Below are positions 22,541 through 35,822 of a DNA stretch of 64,000 nucleotides, piece after piece. Under the pieces are notes generated by a model that was not told the DNA's origin, did not search any database, and worked only from the letters and a program-made list of their open reading frames with translations. This DNA comes from the human T2T-CHM13v2.0 reference genome, Homo sapiens: the NCBI RefSeq assembly GCF_009914755.1, contig NC_060928.1; one strand, written 5' to 3'. A program made the position numbers and the translations under genes. Every line of letters starts with the position of its first letter. The first letter of the stretch is position 1.

Positions 22541-24240
22541 TTAACATTCAATAAAGGTAGTAAAAATAGACTAGATGCTGATAAAAACCTCATCAATCAT
22601 GTAGGAAATGAACTGGAAATTATCCTAAAATTGTAAAAATAACAGAGCAGTAGTTAGGAGGAAAACAAAGGATAATAGAATATAGAGCCAGGAGATCAAA
22701 TATTCCAGTAATAAGAGTTTCAGAAACAGATAAACATATGAAGAAGAGAAACAAAGAATAAGAGAATATTTCTGAGTTGAGTTTTCAGATTAAACGCTCT
22801 TAATTGCCAGGTCTCCAAAAGACATACTATATAACCTGGAAAATTTGCTGCCCTCCAAAATAAAAGAGCAAACCTTGAAAGCTTCCAAATAGAGAGGAAA
22901 GCTTACCAATAACAGACCAGAATAGGGAGAAATTTTCTCTCTGCAACTCATGAAGCTGGAACAGAGTAAAACAACATTTATAGTTTTCTAAGAGGAAAAG
23001 ATCCAAGGATCTTACAGGCAGCCAAGATATAATTCAGGGATGAGGGAGAGAACTTAAAACTTACCTCACAGAAATTGAGTAATTAAGTAGAAAAAAATAC
23101 AAAAACATAGACTATAAATAACATAAATTGATATAGGAACTGTGAACAGAGTAAAAACTGAGAATAGTCATTTTTCCTTATGTCCAGGAATACGTTTTTA
23201 AAATTATATACATTTGATCACAGAGAAAATGTAACTAGGTTCCAAGAATGCATATTTTGTGGCCACATCCTAGGACTAAAATAAAATAAAACTGAAAATT
23301 TCTAAGCTATTTAAAGATCAATAAGAATAAGAATATTCTATATCAAAGCCTATAGGATACGGCTTAATGAAAATTCACAGCTTTAAAGTATTTCACTATT
23401 AAATAAGAAAGATTTAAAACAAATGGAATATCCATTCTATTTAATAAACAAGAAAAATGCAGGAGCTGGAAATTAATAAAGATAAAAGCAGAAATTACTG
23501 ATTTAGGAAACAATAGTAATAGTTAACATTTATAGTACATTTACCATATGCCAATTACTGAATAAGTGCTTTGCAAGTATTGTCTTATTTAATCTTCATA
23601 ATAACTCTGAGATAATATTCACCATGAAAAATAACAGTCATGAACCTCTATGAGCCAAATAACTGCATTAGGTTCTATAGAGAAAAATAGAATTAGAATT
23701 ATTACAGATATGTTTCAAAGAACTTTTCAGCCTTTGATGAGTTTAGCAAATAAAGGCCAACACTTTCTGTAAACCTAAGCAAATTAAAAATAAAGCTCAG
23801 AGAATTTAAATAATAAGACAAGGTAAAATATGTCTATGTTTTTCTCATACAAACATGGCATATGCTTGGAATTAATATGTATAGTTCATATATTAAGACT
23901 AATGAATATTAAATTTCAAAAGTAGGATCTTGTACAAGTCACTGTCTTTGTCTAGAATTTAATATACAAAGAAGCTAATAAGTATTTTCAAATAGAAGTT
24001 TTGAAATTTGAAATGTGTCCTCATCTGAAATTACATATTATCAGGAAAAAAAACAAATGAGAATATTGCTTATCAAAATTTATGGTATGAGGTTAAATCT
24101 ATAAGTATAAGCAAATTAACAGCCTGAAATATTTTGAATATTAAACAGGAAAGAATGAAATAAATCAGCTAATTATTTAACTCAAGGAGTTCTAATACAT
24201 ACAGCTAAGGGAAACTAGCAAGGAAGAACTCAGGAAAACA
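22541..24240 (+). mobile_element. Ancient L1M/HAL1-like fragments (ORF1-like, then two ORF2 5' pieces), with a MIR fragment at ~23515-23620
   Basis: A-rich; aggagatcaaatattccagtaataagagtttcagaa (ORF1-like); tatcaaagcctataggatac and tatcaaaatttatggtatg (ORF2 YQNLWD region). Confidence 0.55.
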
Positions 24241-24599
24241 AAAGTATGTGTAACTTAACTATCTTAAAGTGGGTGCGAATTGTTAAAGCGTTTTGCTCTT
24301 ACATTTTATTTCTTTTTCTCTATTCTAATTCACTCGGAGTAAATTCACATCTATATCATAACTATTTTTTTCTAAGTATTGATTCTGTCCTGAACTGTTT
24401 CTAAAATTGATTTCAGTGCTGCAATTTCTTTAATATTCTTTCCCGATACCCTTCCATCTTTTCAACCAAGTCTGCCTCCCACTTCAGTGCCCTTTCCTAG
24501 GACCTACAGTGGACACTACTGTACCATGGGACCAGCACTCTTTTCCATGAATTGCCTACTCCTTCGTGGGATTGCGTTATGGGTTGTTGGTTGGGTTGT

Positions 24600-24948
24600 G
24601 CCAGATCCAAGGTGGAAGAAAAACAGTCCCCTTTAACCTTGAAAGTAAGAGAAAGAGTCAGCAGTCAGGCTCTCCCTGGGTATGTGGACTTGTAAAATGT
24701 TAAGCCTGAATCTTCTGGTAGCCCTTTTAATGCCATATGGACCAGTCTGTAATGAGAATGTGGAGTGGAACAGGTGCACCCAGAGGAGCAGATAGCAGAG
24801 GGAAGGGAGAGCCTCCATTGTTTTCAGCCAGGTCATCCTGGCTGCTCAGAGCCATCACAGACCTTATGTCAACGAGCTATCCAACATTCTTTCTGCCTGT
24901 CAACCCTGTTTTTGGCTACTTGGAACAAAAAGAATTGTTACTCAACAC
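24600..24948 (+). mobile_element. Old MLT1 (L/M-like) LTR fragment
   Basis: atgttaagcctga...gccatatgg...aatgagaatg...ctacttggaacaaaaagaatt. Confidence 0.5.
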
Positions 24949-25277
24949 GTTGTCTTATATTTCCAATAATTATTTTTCGCTGACTGTTGAGAACACAACA
25001 CAGATTCTTTAAATATTTAGTTCTGATTCCTTTAGTCAATCTTTCCTATAAGTGTGTCCTATTCCTCTCTGCCTTGAGTACTGTATTTTCCACTGTTCTA
25101 CTAGAGAAATGTTTAATAATCTCCAGGGAGGTTTTTTTTCTATTTTGCTGTAATGCATTCTTGAAGAAAAATAAATCTCTCCAGTTGTGGGTGGATTCTC
25201 TTTGATTCCTTTTACTTCAGTGCTGTTTGATGTATGCATCCCGTAATCAATTATCTGAAGGCTTATAGCCCTCTTAC

Positions 25278-25351
25278 CATGTGACTCAGCTGGCTTGTGT
25301 AGGAATCTCCTGGTCATCTTACTGTGAGTGGTAGAGCTCACTCTGGTTACT
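25278..25351 (-). other. Candidate exon (74 bp)
   Basis: Minus strand reads gctgtttcag|AGTAACC...TCACATG|gtaaga; short pyrimidine tract. Confidence 0.2.
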
Positions 25352-28104
25352 CTGAAACAGCGTCACATCTTCTCTTGCCAGAATCAGCAAATCACAAAAT
25401 CCATAATCCCCACATGAGCCGCTCTCAGCTCTCCCAGGCTCAGCTGTTCCTGCAACTGAGTTCCTATCTTGGAATGTCAAGTGCCACTCCCTGTCCAGTC
25501 TACCTCCTGCATCACTGGAGATTATAGTTCTAAGGATAAAGTTCATGTCAGGGTGTGCTTGTTTGTAACACATTGCTACAGCTTATAAAAAGCACGGGTC
25601 CCTTGTATCAGAGACCACAGCTATTAAAACAAGCAGTGGCAAATATAAAGATATTTGGACAGTACAGGAGATACATAGTGTTAGGAAAGTATAGAACTTA
25701 CATAAAGAAAATAAGTTGCCTCTAGAGCATTAACCTCTGGGTCCCTGAGTATTCCAAGGTTAGTTTTTTTAGAGAAATAATTTTTAAAGTGGCTGTAGAT
25801 TGATCGAGGAGATTGGATAGAAGGTTATAGAGAGAACCAAGGAAAAGGTCCTTCAACCTCCTGTTCGTGATGTGGGCTTTCTCTACTGCTGTCATCCTCT
25901 CTTATCAAACTGTGTTGCCAGAACGGGCAAGGGCCACAGCCATGGAAGAGGGGCTACCAAATGGAACTCCAACCTAAGGTAAAGAAACCACATGGTCAGA
26001 CAGAGAGGGACATCTCCTTGACCTCTTTCACTGCCCACTTCAATTTCCTTCCAATGCCTCTTGGGGCACAAAATGGGGCAGAAAACATCAGAGAATGAAT
26101 TTGGAGAGGCAAACAGAGAAAAATCAACCGGAAGAAAAGGGAGTTTAAGTCGAGAAAATGAAAACAAAAATAAAAACATTAAGGTATTGAGGGAGGTGAC
26201 AGAAAATGTTAATACATTTAAAATATTCAATAGACACTTAAAAAGTGTAGTATAATAGATTATAGATTAAGAACAAGAATTAGGGGACCAAACTTCTAAC
26301 TAAACATGAAAAACATTCATCAGGTAAGATCCTGAACAAAATAACTTATTTTAGAAAGTGAAAGCAAGGAAGTCCAAACGTTAAAAATACATGATAAATT
26401 TAAAATGCAACAATAAAAATAAAAGCATTGTAAGTCAAGGCAATAATACGCAGAAAAAGTAACAAAATTATGAATATTAGAATTAATTTTATCATTTTTA
26501 TGCTTTATGTGTTTTCAGATTTTTAAAATAAATATGCCTTATTTTCATGACCTAAAAGCAAAATTTTAAAGGAACACACATAAACACATCCCAGTTAGCC
26601 AGTTAATAATCAGAGACACACACTAACTAAAATGTAAATTATTCTTTCCTCAAGATTTTCTAGGCTTTCCTGCTATTATATATTATTAATAGAAAACAAT
26701 GTATTCAAACACTTTTAATTCAACTCCTTGCTAGGCTGATTTTCAAAATATTCTTATAAAGTTAATTTTTATATATGTTTTGAAAAGCTGTTATTTTCAA
26801 TACTATTTATTATGTAGATTATTATATTTTTTCAAAAGATCTGTACAATAAATTCTTCTTAAAGTTCAGTACTAATTAAAAGTACATATTTTTATTTGTC
26901 TGCCATACTATAATTGGAAAAAAAATGAGGTAACAGCCTAGTCTCATTTTTTGCCTTGGCTCCAAAGAAATTAGATCTAATAAAAATAATAATCATAAAG
27001 CTGGAATGCTTGTTATATGCAGTTATTAAATAAAGCATTTTCTATAAATTATTTTACTTTATATTCATGACAATTCTGTAAAGTAGGGTCTTGGCGTTGT
27101 ATTAAGTAATTTGCCTAAAACCACATCAATAGTTAATGAGAAAATCAAATTTTTCTTCTGTGCTGTGCTTACTCTTTCTTGGCTACATTGAAAACTCAAC
27201 CACAATAGTTTCTCTTTCTCAAGCTTTCTGCCATATTTTTAAAAATATATTATTCTCCTCTCGAGTAGAGAAGAATCAAGTAGCCTCTTTGTTGTTGTTG
27301 TTGTTCTTGTTGTCTTTCCTATCTTGTATCATATCCATTTCAAATCATATGGTGAAGGAAACAGTACGTTTGATATTCAGACCTCTAATGGGGATATTCC
27401 AACATTCCAAAACATATAAGAACGTTATTGTATTACGTTCCGAAGGCAACCAATTGTGTGACACAAGCATAAAAAAGAAAAGGAGGGATATGATAGAGAT
27501 CGAGCATGACCTCGCTTCAGCACGGGTGAGGAAATTGAGGCAGCAGTACCTGCAACAGTGTTTCCCAGCCTCACACTTGCCCTGCCTCCCACTGCCCAGG
27601 GATTCTTATGTTTCTCTCACAACCCCCTCATCTCTACTCTCCCACTCTGCCATGGGAGACATGTCTATATTGAGAACCACTGCATTTTGTATATTTACAC
27701 CCAAAACAATTTTTTCAAGTTTTACTTTCTATAGTTTACATTATGGGAAAAAAGATTTTTCTTCCTTCTGATATAATCAGCATTGATTCAATATTTTTAG
27801 AAAAAGCGCCAGCCCCAAAGGGTACTCCTAAGGTACAGAAAAGTTCTCTCAGATGCATGTATTTTCTCTTCCCAGCCCTTCCCTGGATCATCACAGCCAC
27901 CATCACTAAGCTGACAATCATGGTCCTAGAAAATATCATAAAGACCATGTAGACCACAAAGTGGTTTGTCTCTTTAAGACAGGGGGAAGAGATTGCTTCT
28001 TGACTCTTACATTTTCTCCTTTGTTTAATAAGGTTATGTAACCTCCAAATGTATGTCTTAATCGCATGTTCCAAATTTTCTTTTTTTAAGGGAAAGAAAC
28101 TCAA

Positions 28105-28899
28105 TTCTTTTTTTTAACTTTTAATTCAGGGGTACATGTGAAGGTTTGTTACATAGGTAAACTTGTGTCACGGGGGTTTGTTATAGAGACTATTTCATCA
28201 TCCAGGTTTTAAGCCTAGTACTCAGTTGTTATTTTTTCTAATCCTCTCTCTTGTCCCACCTGCCACCCTCCAGTAGGCCCCAGTGTGTGTTGTTACCTTG
28301 TATACGTCAATGTGTTCTCATCCTTTAGCTCCCGCTCATAAGTGAAAACATGTGGTATTTGGGGTTTTGTTAATGCATTAGTTTTCTAAGCATAATGGCC
28401 TCCAGCTCCTTCCATATCCCTGCAAAAGACATGATCTCATTCTTTTTTTAATGACTGCATAATATTCCATGTGTATATGTCCCACATTTCCTTTATCCAG
28501 TCTCTCACCATTGGGAATTTAGATTGATTCCATGTCTTTGGTATTGTGAATAGTGTTGCAGTGAACATACACATGTATGTGTCTTTATAATAGAATGATT
28601 TCTATTTCTTTGGGTATACACTCTGCAACAGGACTGCTGGGTCGAATTGTATTTTTTTCTTTAGGTCTCTGAGAAAAAGCCACACTGTCTTCTAGAATAG
28701 TTGAACTAATTTACACTCCCACCAATAGTGTATAAGCATTCCTTTTTCCTTACAACCTCACCAGCATCTGTTATTTTTTGACCTTTTCATAATAGCCATT
28801 CTGACCAGTGTGAGGCAGTATCTCATTGTCGTTTTGATTTGCATTTCTCTAATAATCAGTGATGTTAAGTTCTTTTTCATATCATTGTTGGACAACATG
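28105..28899 (-). mobile_element. L1PA13-like 5'-truncated L1 3' end
   Basis: ttcaggggtacatgtgaaggtttgttacataggtaaacttgtgtcacggggg...tttacactcccaccaa...ttttgatttgcatttctct. Confidence 0.88.
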
Positions 28900-31800
28900 C
28901 TCTGAATTTTCAAGGATTAAATTACCACGTGGAAACTCCACCTGGTCATCTTACCTTTGGTTAGGTCATCCCAGGTTCAAGAAAATCCACTCTCTGGTTA
29001 AGATGGACATTGCAAAGAGAGAAGGAAAACTCTGCCTGTACCAGACTTCCTGGTCATTGCCATCTTCACCACAGCACCCAGGAGAATTCAAAGTCAGTAA
29101 CTTTTTGAGTATGGAGGCAAAGGCTACTTTCACTGCCCTTTGCTTCTGCTCATGACATTTTACATTAGGATAAAATCCAGAATCAAACAGAATATAATAG
29201 GGAGCTGAAAACTGAATATGGATAAATAAAGTAAGCCCTGAAAAAATAGGAGTTGTTAATGGTCCATAATTGGTCTTTGTAACTTTATAGAACAGATGTA
29301 ATTCCAAAAAAGATCTTAAGAAATCATAGCCAGAGGGTGGCATATAATATATAACTGTCATATTCTGATCTGAAGGAGAGTTCTGGGGAGAAATAACTAA
29401 ATTAGCAGCATGTAAAACAAATGTGTTTATTGTTATCTATTATTTATGGCCCTCTGGATAGCTGATAGTTCATTTGACTATACTTCTGCCTAAACCAATT
29501 TAAATTAATTTAGCTGGTAAATTGAATAATGCTATATCAACTGCTTTTCTGCAATCAAGATATATTGCATATACTCAACTCTCTTAATCAACTAAGCATA
29601 TTTTCCAATGTTGATGGATAATTGCCTTTAAGTGCATCTTGCCCTTCTGCTTTTAGGTCTGGTTGATAGGACCATTACTGGAAGTGATATGTTCCCAGAA
29701 CCATTTTGAGAATGCAATTTGGCTTAACTCTCCCATCAGTGGTTATCAGTATAATCTGAGGGCTGTGAAGGCTATTAGCTTTCTCTAATGGTCTTTGCAT
29801 CCCTTAAATAATGACAAAAAGGGCTCATCAGACAAGACGAAAACAAACCTCAACTTTCAACTCCCTAATATTTTGTTCACTTCACTATAAATGTTCACTA
29901 TAGTTCATAAAGCACATAATCCCAAAGGGAAAGAACTCATCTGTAAAGATTTGTGTGCCAAATCAATGAATGCAGAGACTGCAGCATAATATGATCTGTA
30001 ATTTCCAAAAATAAGTTTGTAACTGGAGTAACTGTGTCTGTTTCCACTTATAATTTGCTTGAACATTTGTATTACGGCATATCAGGAAGCTATAAAGAAA
30101 CAGTGTTGGTAAAAGTCTGGCCTTATAGACCTGTGTCAACAACTAAGCTGAAAAACGTTTTTATAATGCATGGAATTCCAGGTCTCCTTCACCAATGTGA
30201 CAGATTCAGAATTAGGAATTGTTTGCACTTCCTGTTTCTTTTTAAGCAGTTTACTATATATCGTGCCTGACTTTAAAATCTTAGTTTGTATATACCCCTA
30301 TCCAGGTCAGGAAATCTTTTCTTTAATTTTTTATTACTGATTGCTTATGCCTTTAATGTTTGATGTTAGAGCTTGAATGTTTCAAATTATGGTGTAATTT
30401 TGTGAACTTAGCTTAGAGGTCTGCTGCACCTTTTCTCAGAAGGTTTCTGAAAACTAAGCTGATCATGATTATTGATGACTATAGTGATAGATATGCAGAT
30501 GATTATCCCCCATGGGAGGACGTCCTCTAGAAGGGTTTTCCAGATGTGATTGCGGGTAACCGGGGATCCACCTTTTTTTGCTGGGTCCCATTGTGATTAG
30601 CAAACCCAAATGTTGATGTGGCATTTAGTACAGGCAGTGTCATTCTAGATAAGAGAGGAGGGCTGCCTTTTTTAGACCACAGAGAAAACCAAATATTTCT
30701 TTAAAAATTATAATTCTTTTCAGTTGAAAAATAAAGGAGACTCACTAAACCTCAGGGACTGATTAAGCCTTATGATACCTCAAACCTCTAATGCCAAGTG
30801 AAAAACAATTTTAAAATACTATGCTTCTGTTTGTTATATCTTACCAGATGAGACTGTTGATATATGAATATATTGCTTTATCTTGAGTTGATATACATTT
30901 CTAGTATATTTATAAGAGAAATACATTCATAATAGAAATATATTTCTGTGCATTGGGGCCAAAATCAAAATGAGATCATATATGGGAAAGCAGTTTATGC
31001 TTTGCAATAAATTTAAAAATATAGGATTTATTACATATAGATTTAGGTAAGCCTAAGAAGCAAGATGTTCCTTCAGCACTATCACATTGAATTATCCAAT
31101 TGAAAGTGTGTTATCTGATTCTTCACCGATGTTTCAAAGCAATCGTTTGCTCATCGTATAATTTCCCAGCCCAAATCCTTCCATACATGGAAAACTGTAA
31201 ATCAGAAAAAATATTTACCAAAGGAACCAAAATGACTGCCTCAAATCTTCTCTGGTTTTCAGGTACATGTGTTAAGCAATATTTCAAAAGACATAAATAT
31301 GTATAACTGCTTTATGAAAATTCATGTGGGTTATTTTCAGATATTAGATAATTCTATATCATTACATATAGACCGAAAGACCGACAGACACACACACACA
31401 CACATATACGCATATATATACATACATAAAAGATAAAATCAGGCACAGGAACAGTGGCCAGCTTTTTGTATTTTGTTTAAGAAACAAAGATGTTTTGCAT
31501 TAACTTTTCAAAAAGTGTTTTGACTCAAAACCATACTTTAAAAAACATAAAATATAAATAAATTCAACTTTATGGTCTTTCAGAGGGAGAGTATGCTATT
31601 ATTCCTTGCATCATTTTACCACAGATTTTTCGACACTGCTACATTCAAAGTGAATATTTAATAAATGTTTCCATTGAATGGTTGGCTGAAAAATATTTTA
31701 AATACATTTCAAAAAGAGAGTTCTATGCATGCCTTGGAGGTGTTCAGTTACTGCTAATGATAATAAAGAATACATATTTACAGCATACATAACACTGGTC

Positions 31801-32519
31801 CAGAAGGAGTTTAACAAAAGGTTAAGTCAAGCTGTAAAACCCCCCAGTAACCATCCAACTATCTATAACCTGATCAGATTGGAACAATGGAGAATCACCT
31901 TCTCTTTTCCCAGAAAGACTTAGCTTATAAAGTGATGTTTGCTTATCTAGGTCACCCTTGTTTATTTCAAACCAGTGTTCAGAGTCATTTACTCTTCTCT
32001 GCTACTTCCAGGCTGTGCACAGTGTGTGATAATGACAAATCAGTTACAGCAGGGTTTGAAGTAACAAGGCACTTTTGTCAAGTAGAGCTTATGAGTTTGG
32101 AATGTTCCAAATACTGAGCCATGATATTAATCCAGTAAATGCTCGAGTTAGACTCAAGTCAGCAGATTTTTATAAAGTGACTCCTATGTACTTAGCATTT
32201 TGATAAGGATTCCTGAGGAGTTTTTATCTCTGGGGATTTACTCTCATTAGGGAGGACAGATTTATGTATTTTTTAAAACACAACAACTAGAAAACAAAAC
32301 AATTATATGACCCAGTAATAAAATGTATGCTGCAGATTATAAATGTTTGAGGAATAAGGAAATTAGTGTGAGTAGACATGTTCATATTTGGGTTTATGAA
32401 GAGAGTAGGTCTTAGAAAATGAGCAGGACATGGTTGGTAGGAAGGACGGCAGAGACTTGAGAGGGATATGGCTCATACACATGCATAAATATTGGAGCAC
32501 ACATATCTGAGTCACTCCT

Positions 32520-32775
32520 GCAGAGTAATAAAAATGAGGACTCTGGCGTCAGCTTTCCTGGGTTCAAACCCTGCCCCCGCATCACAGAAACTGGCTTTAT
32601 CTAAATTTTCTCAAGTGCATAATGGGAGAAATAGTAGTACCTAGTGCTGCTGTGAGGTTTTAATAAATTAATGTGTGTAAAGCATATATGCTAATATATG
32701 TAAAGTTGTTACATGTAAAACACTCAAAATTGTGTCTGGGACAAGTAAGTGCTATATAAGTACTTACTCAACTGT
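32520..32775 (+). mobile_element. MIR SINE
   Basis: ggactctggcgtcag...cctgggttcaaaccc...aatagtagtaccta...gtgagg...gtaagtgctatataa. Confidence 0.7.
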
Positions 32776-32979
32776 TAACTAGAAAAGGTATTTGGGAGTC
32801 AATATGGATGTGGCCTAACTGGGTCAAGAATATGTGCATGTAATGGGAATATAAGGCAGATTAGTATCTTGTATTCCATATTTGCACTTTAAATAAATGG
32901 CAAAGCCTGTGTAGAACACTAGGTTCCTGCCTCCCAGGACATTACTCTTTCTATGATATCATACTGTTTTCCTATGTTT

Positions 32980-33110
32980 CCAATTTTCTCATCTTTAAAT
33001 TGAGGATACTATAAACCTCATAAATTTTTTGTTAGGATTAAATGAGTTAAGACATGTCAGTTGCTTAAAACAGTGCCTAACATATTGTTAACATGCAGTA
33101 AATGTTAAGA
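32980..33110 (+). mobile_element. MIR 3' fragment
   Basis: ttttctcatctttaaatt...aggattaaatgagttaa...aacagtgcctaacata. Confidence 0.65.
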
Positions 33111-33134
33111 AAAAGAAGATAGCAATTATGAGTT

Positions 33135-33536
33135 GTATTTCTTAGGTTTTGCTGCATAATAAACCACCCCCTATTCATGATTCTACAAACTGGAAGTATG
33201 TGCTTGGCTCAGTTCTCATCTGGGCCAGCAAAGCTGAATTCATTTGAGCTCACTCATGGTCTACAGTCAAGTGGTGGGTTGGGTGAGTAGGGATTGATGC
33301 TTTATGAAATGGTCTCCAATGGAGAGAGCTGTGATGACTGGAACCAACTAGCCCAGACTTATTCACAAAGTAGAGCGTTCCAAGAAGTCTCAAATCTCTG
33401 TCTCCTGTTTACAATTGCTCCACTGGACAAACAAGTCACACCGTCATGCCGAGAGTCAGTGTAGAGGTGAATGACACAAAGACTTGAATATAAGAAGGAG
33501 AGAACAAATTTGAGATCTTTACTGCAGCACTCTATA
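33135..33536 (-). mobile_element. MLT1H-like MaLR LTR
   Basis: tgctgcataataaaccacccc...gctcactcatg...ctagcccagacttattcac...aagtcaca. Confidence 0.6.
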
Positions 33537-33571
33537 ATTACATATAATAGTATATTAAATTCAAGAAGCAA

Positions 33572-35822
33572 ACCTTCCAGTTAAAGGTGGTGATTTAACT
33601 AAATGTGTAAACCTGCTTCTTCCTCCTGAAATCCCACTAAAATGTCAATAAAAAATAAATAAGTAACCCTACAGGGATAAAGAGATGGGGAAAAGAAAAT
33701 ATCTGAAGAAATATTTCAACAATGTTTTTGTTAATTGATTTGACAAATCAGAGGAAGTTATTCATCAAAATACTTTATCAATGAGAAGTAATGTAAATTA
33801 AGCCACTCGACCTCCCTGAGAAGCCCTAGATTTGGAGGTTTCAAGTACTGAGAAGGTTGAGGGGTAAAAGGAAGTCCTGAGAACTGGGAGATTGGTTTGA
33901 TGCACATGCAGAGAGCAATCAGACCTCAGCTTACCTCCTCCACCCATGCAGATAAGAACTACCTGCTCTGAGGCAGGAAATAGGAGATCTTTTGTCTGGA
34001 AAAATGAAGTGGAAGATTTTAGGATTTGGAAACAACAGGTAGTATGGGTTGGAGGTAAAGCCTGGGATTAGATGAAAGTCTACTTATTGAAAAGGAAGGA
34101 GATAGTTGGGTTATTTAAAGATGCTGCTTGGCTCCAGAAGGAAAATGTATTGACATTTAAGGATGCAGGGGTTTTTAGTTGTTCTTCAGCCAAACAGAAT
34201 TCCCCATCAGTTCTTCATTGATGAATTTTAAGAACCCAGAATAATGCCTGAGTGGTAGGCATTCAGTATGTTTCGAATATTGCTTAAATGAGTTTTAATA
34301 CTTCATTTTTAGACATAGGTCAGGATTAGCAGATATTTGAGGAAAGTCTCTAACATGAAAGAGAAAGACTGAAAGAAATAAACATCAAACATGAAAAAAA
34401 TCCAAAGGAAATGGAGCTCTAATGGGAGGGGGAGAAGAAAGCATTGTAAATGTATACCAAAACCCTCAGAGAGTTTAAGAAAAAAGATAGATGGCTCATA
34501 AATTAGACCTGAATGCTATTATTTTAAAAGAACAAAAATTAAAAATTTTGCTATTAAAAAGTCAAAGTTAAAATTCAATGGAAGTTTAAACAATAATCTT
34601 AAGAAAATCTCCTCAAAAGAAGAACAAAATATAAAGAGAAGAAAATAGAAGATAAAAGATGAGAGATTTAGAGTGTCAAAACTAGTAGTCCAACATATAA
34701 CAAACAAGAGAGTTCCAGAAAGAGAAAATGGAGGTTCAAATACAATCATAAGAACATCTCCCAAAACTGGAAAAAACCCAGTCTCCACGTTGAAAGACCT
34801 ACCTAGTGTTTTGTTCAATGAGTAAAGACTCACAGTAAGACACATTATTGTGAAATTTAGCAATATTGAGGAAAAAGAGAAAAATAACAGCTTTCACAGA
34901 AAAAAATCAGGTATTTATAAAGAAATGAAAAGCAAATTAACATTAGACCTTTTTATTTTTAACCAGAAATACTATCTGCTGTTAGTCAGTTGAGAAATTC
35001 CTTTAATAATTCTGAGGAAAATCTATTTTCAAAGTAATAACAACCAAATTGTCAATCAGTTTGGAAGATCAAAAATCTCACCTCCTATGCATTTTTTCTA
35101 AGATTCTTCTCCAACTAAATGAAAGAGTAATGAAGAAAAAGGAAGACTTGATGTTCAAACAGAAGAGAATTCAGTTTGGGAGGGCAGCTGTTCAGCAGCC
35201 TAGAAAGCTGCAAGTGACTCCAGAAGAACCCTTTCCAGGAAAAGTAGGGAAGTGGTAGATTCACTGATGTGATAGGGCTTTGGGGAAAATAAAACTTGTA
35301 GCTATGTGGAGAATTAATGGAGCATTTGGGAGCAAAAACTAAGGAAAAGAACATAAGAAACAATACAAATGGAAAATTGGGTTTTATTGATTCAAGAAAA
35401 AACAAAAAGTTATACTTAAAAAAGGAAATATAATACACTGCCACTCCGAGGAACAATATTTAATGATCACACTAGTGGAAATGCTGATTACTGATTCAAC
35501 AACAACAAAAATGTGATCTCTTATATTAGGAGAAAGGATGGGACAAGAAAGTGGGAAGTGGAAAACAGTTAAATCTTCATCTACCATAGCAGAATGTCAA
35601 ATGATGATATTGAAAATATGTTTTTTTAAAAAACAGAAACATATTATTTAGAAATGGAAAGATAAGTGCCAGAAAAATCAGCTTAAAGCAATGTTTAAGT
35701 AGTTACCTTTGGAGGATAGGACTACAGGTAAGGAGGAAAGTAGAGGAGATATCAGTTTTTCAATGTAAAATTTATTTTTTAAACTATGTGCTTGCATGAC
35801 TTTGATAAATATGAAATAAAAT
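33572..35822 (+). mobile_element. HAL1 (half-L1) element, near full length
   Basis: 5' cttccagttaaaggtggtgatt...ctcctgaaatcccactaaaatg; ORF1-like agagttccagaaagagaaaa and agacacattattgtgaaattt; 3' ttttaaactatgtgc...actttgataaa. Confidence 0.7.

Noticed and set aside
27136-27771. Longest ORF (211 aa) as a protein-coding gene
   Set aside because: No recognisable domain, includes a (TTG)n tract, no promoter evidence; kept only as a low-level finding.
29657-29790. Plus-strand acceptor followed by a 43-codon open frame
   Set aside because: No matching donor, frame ends in a stop, peptide not recognised.
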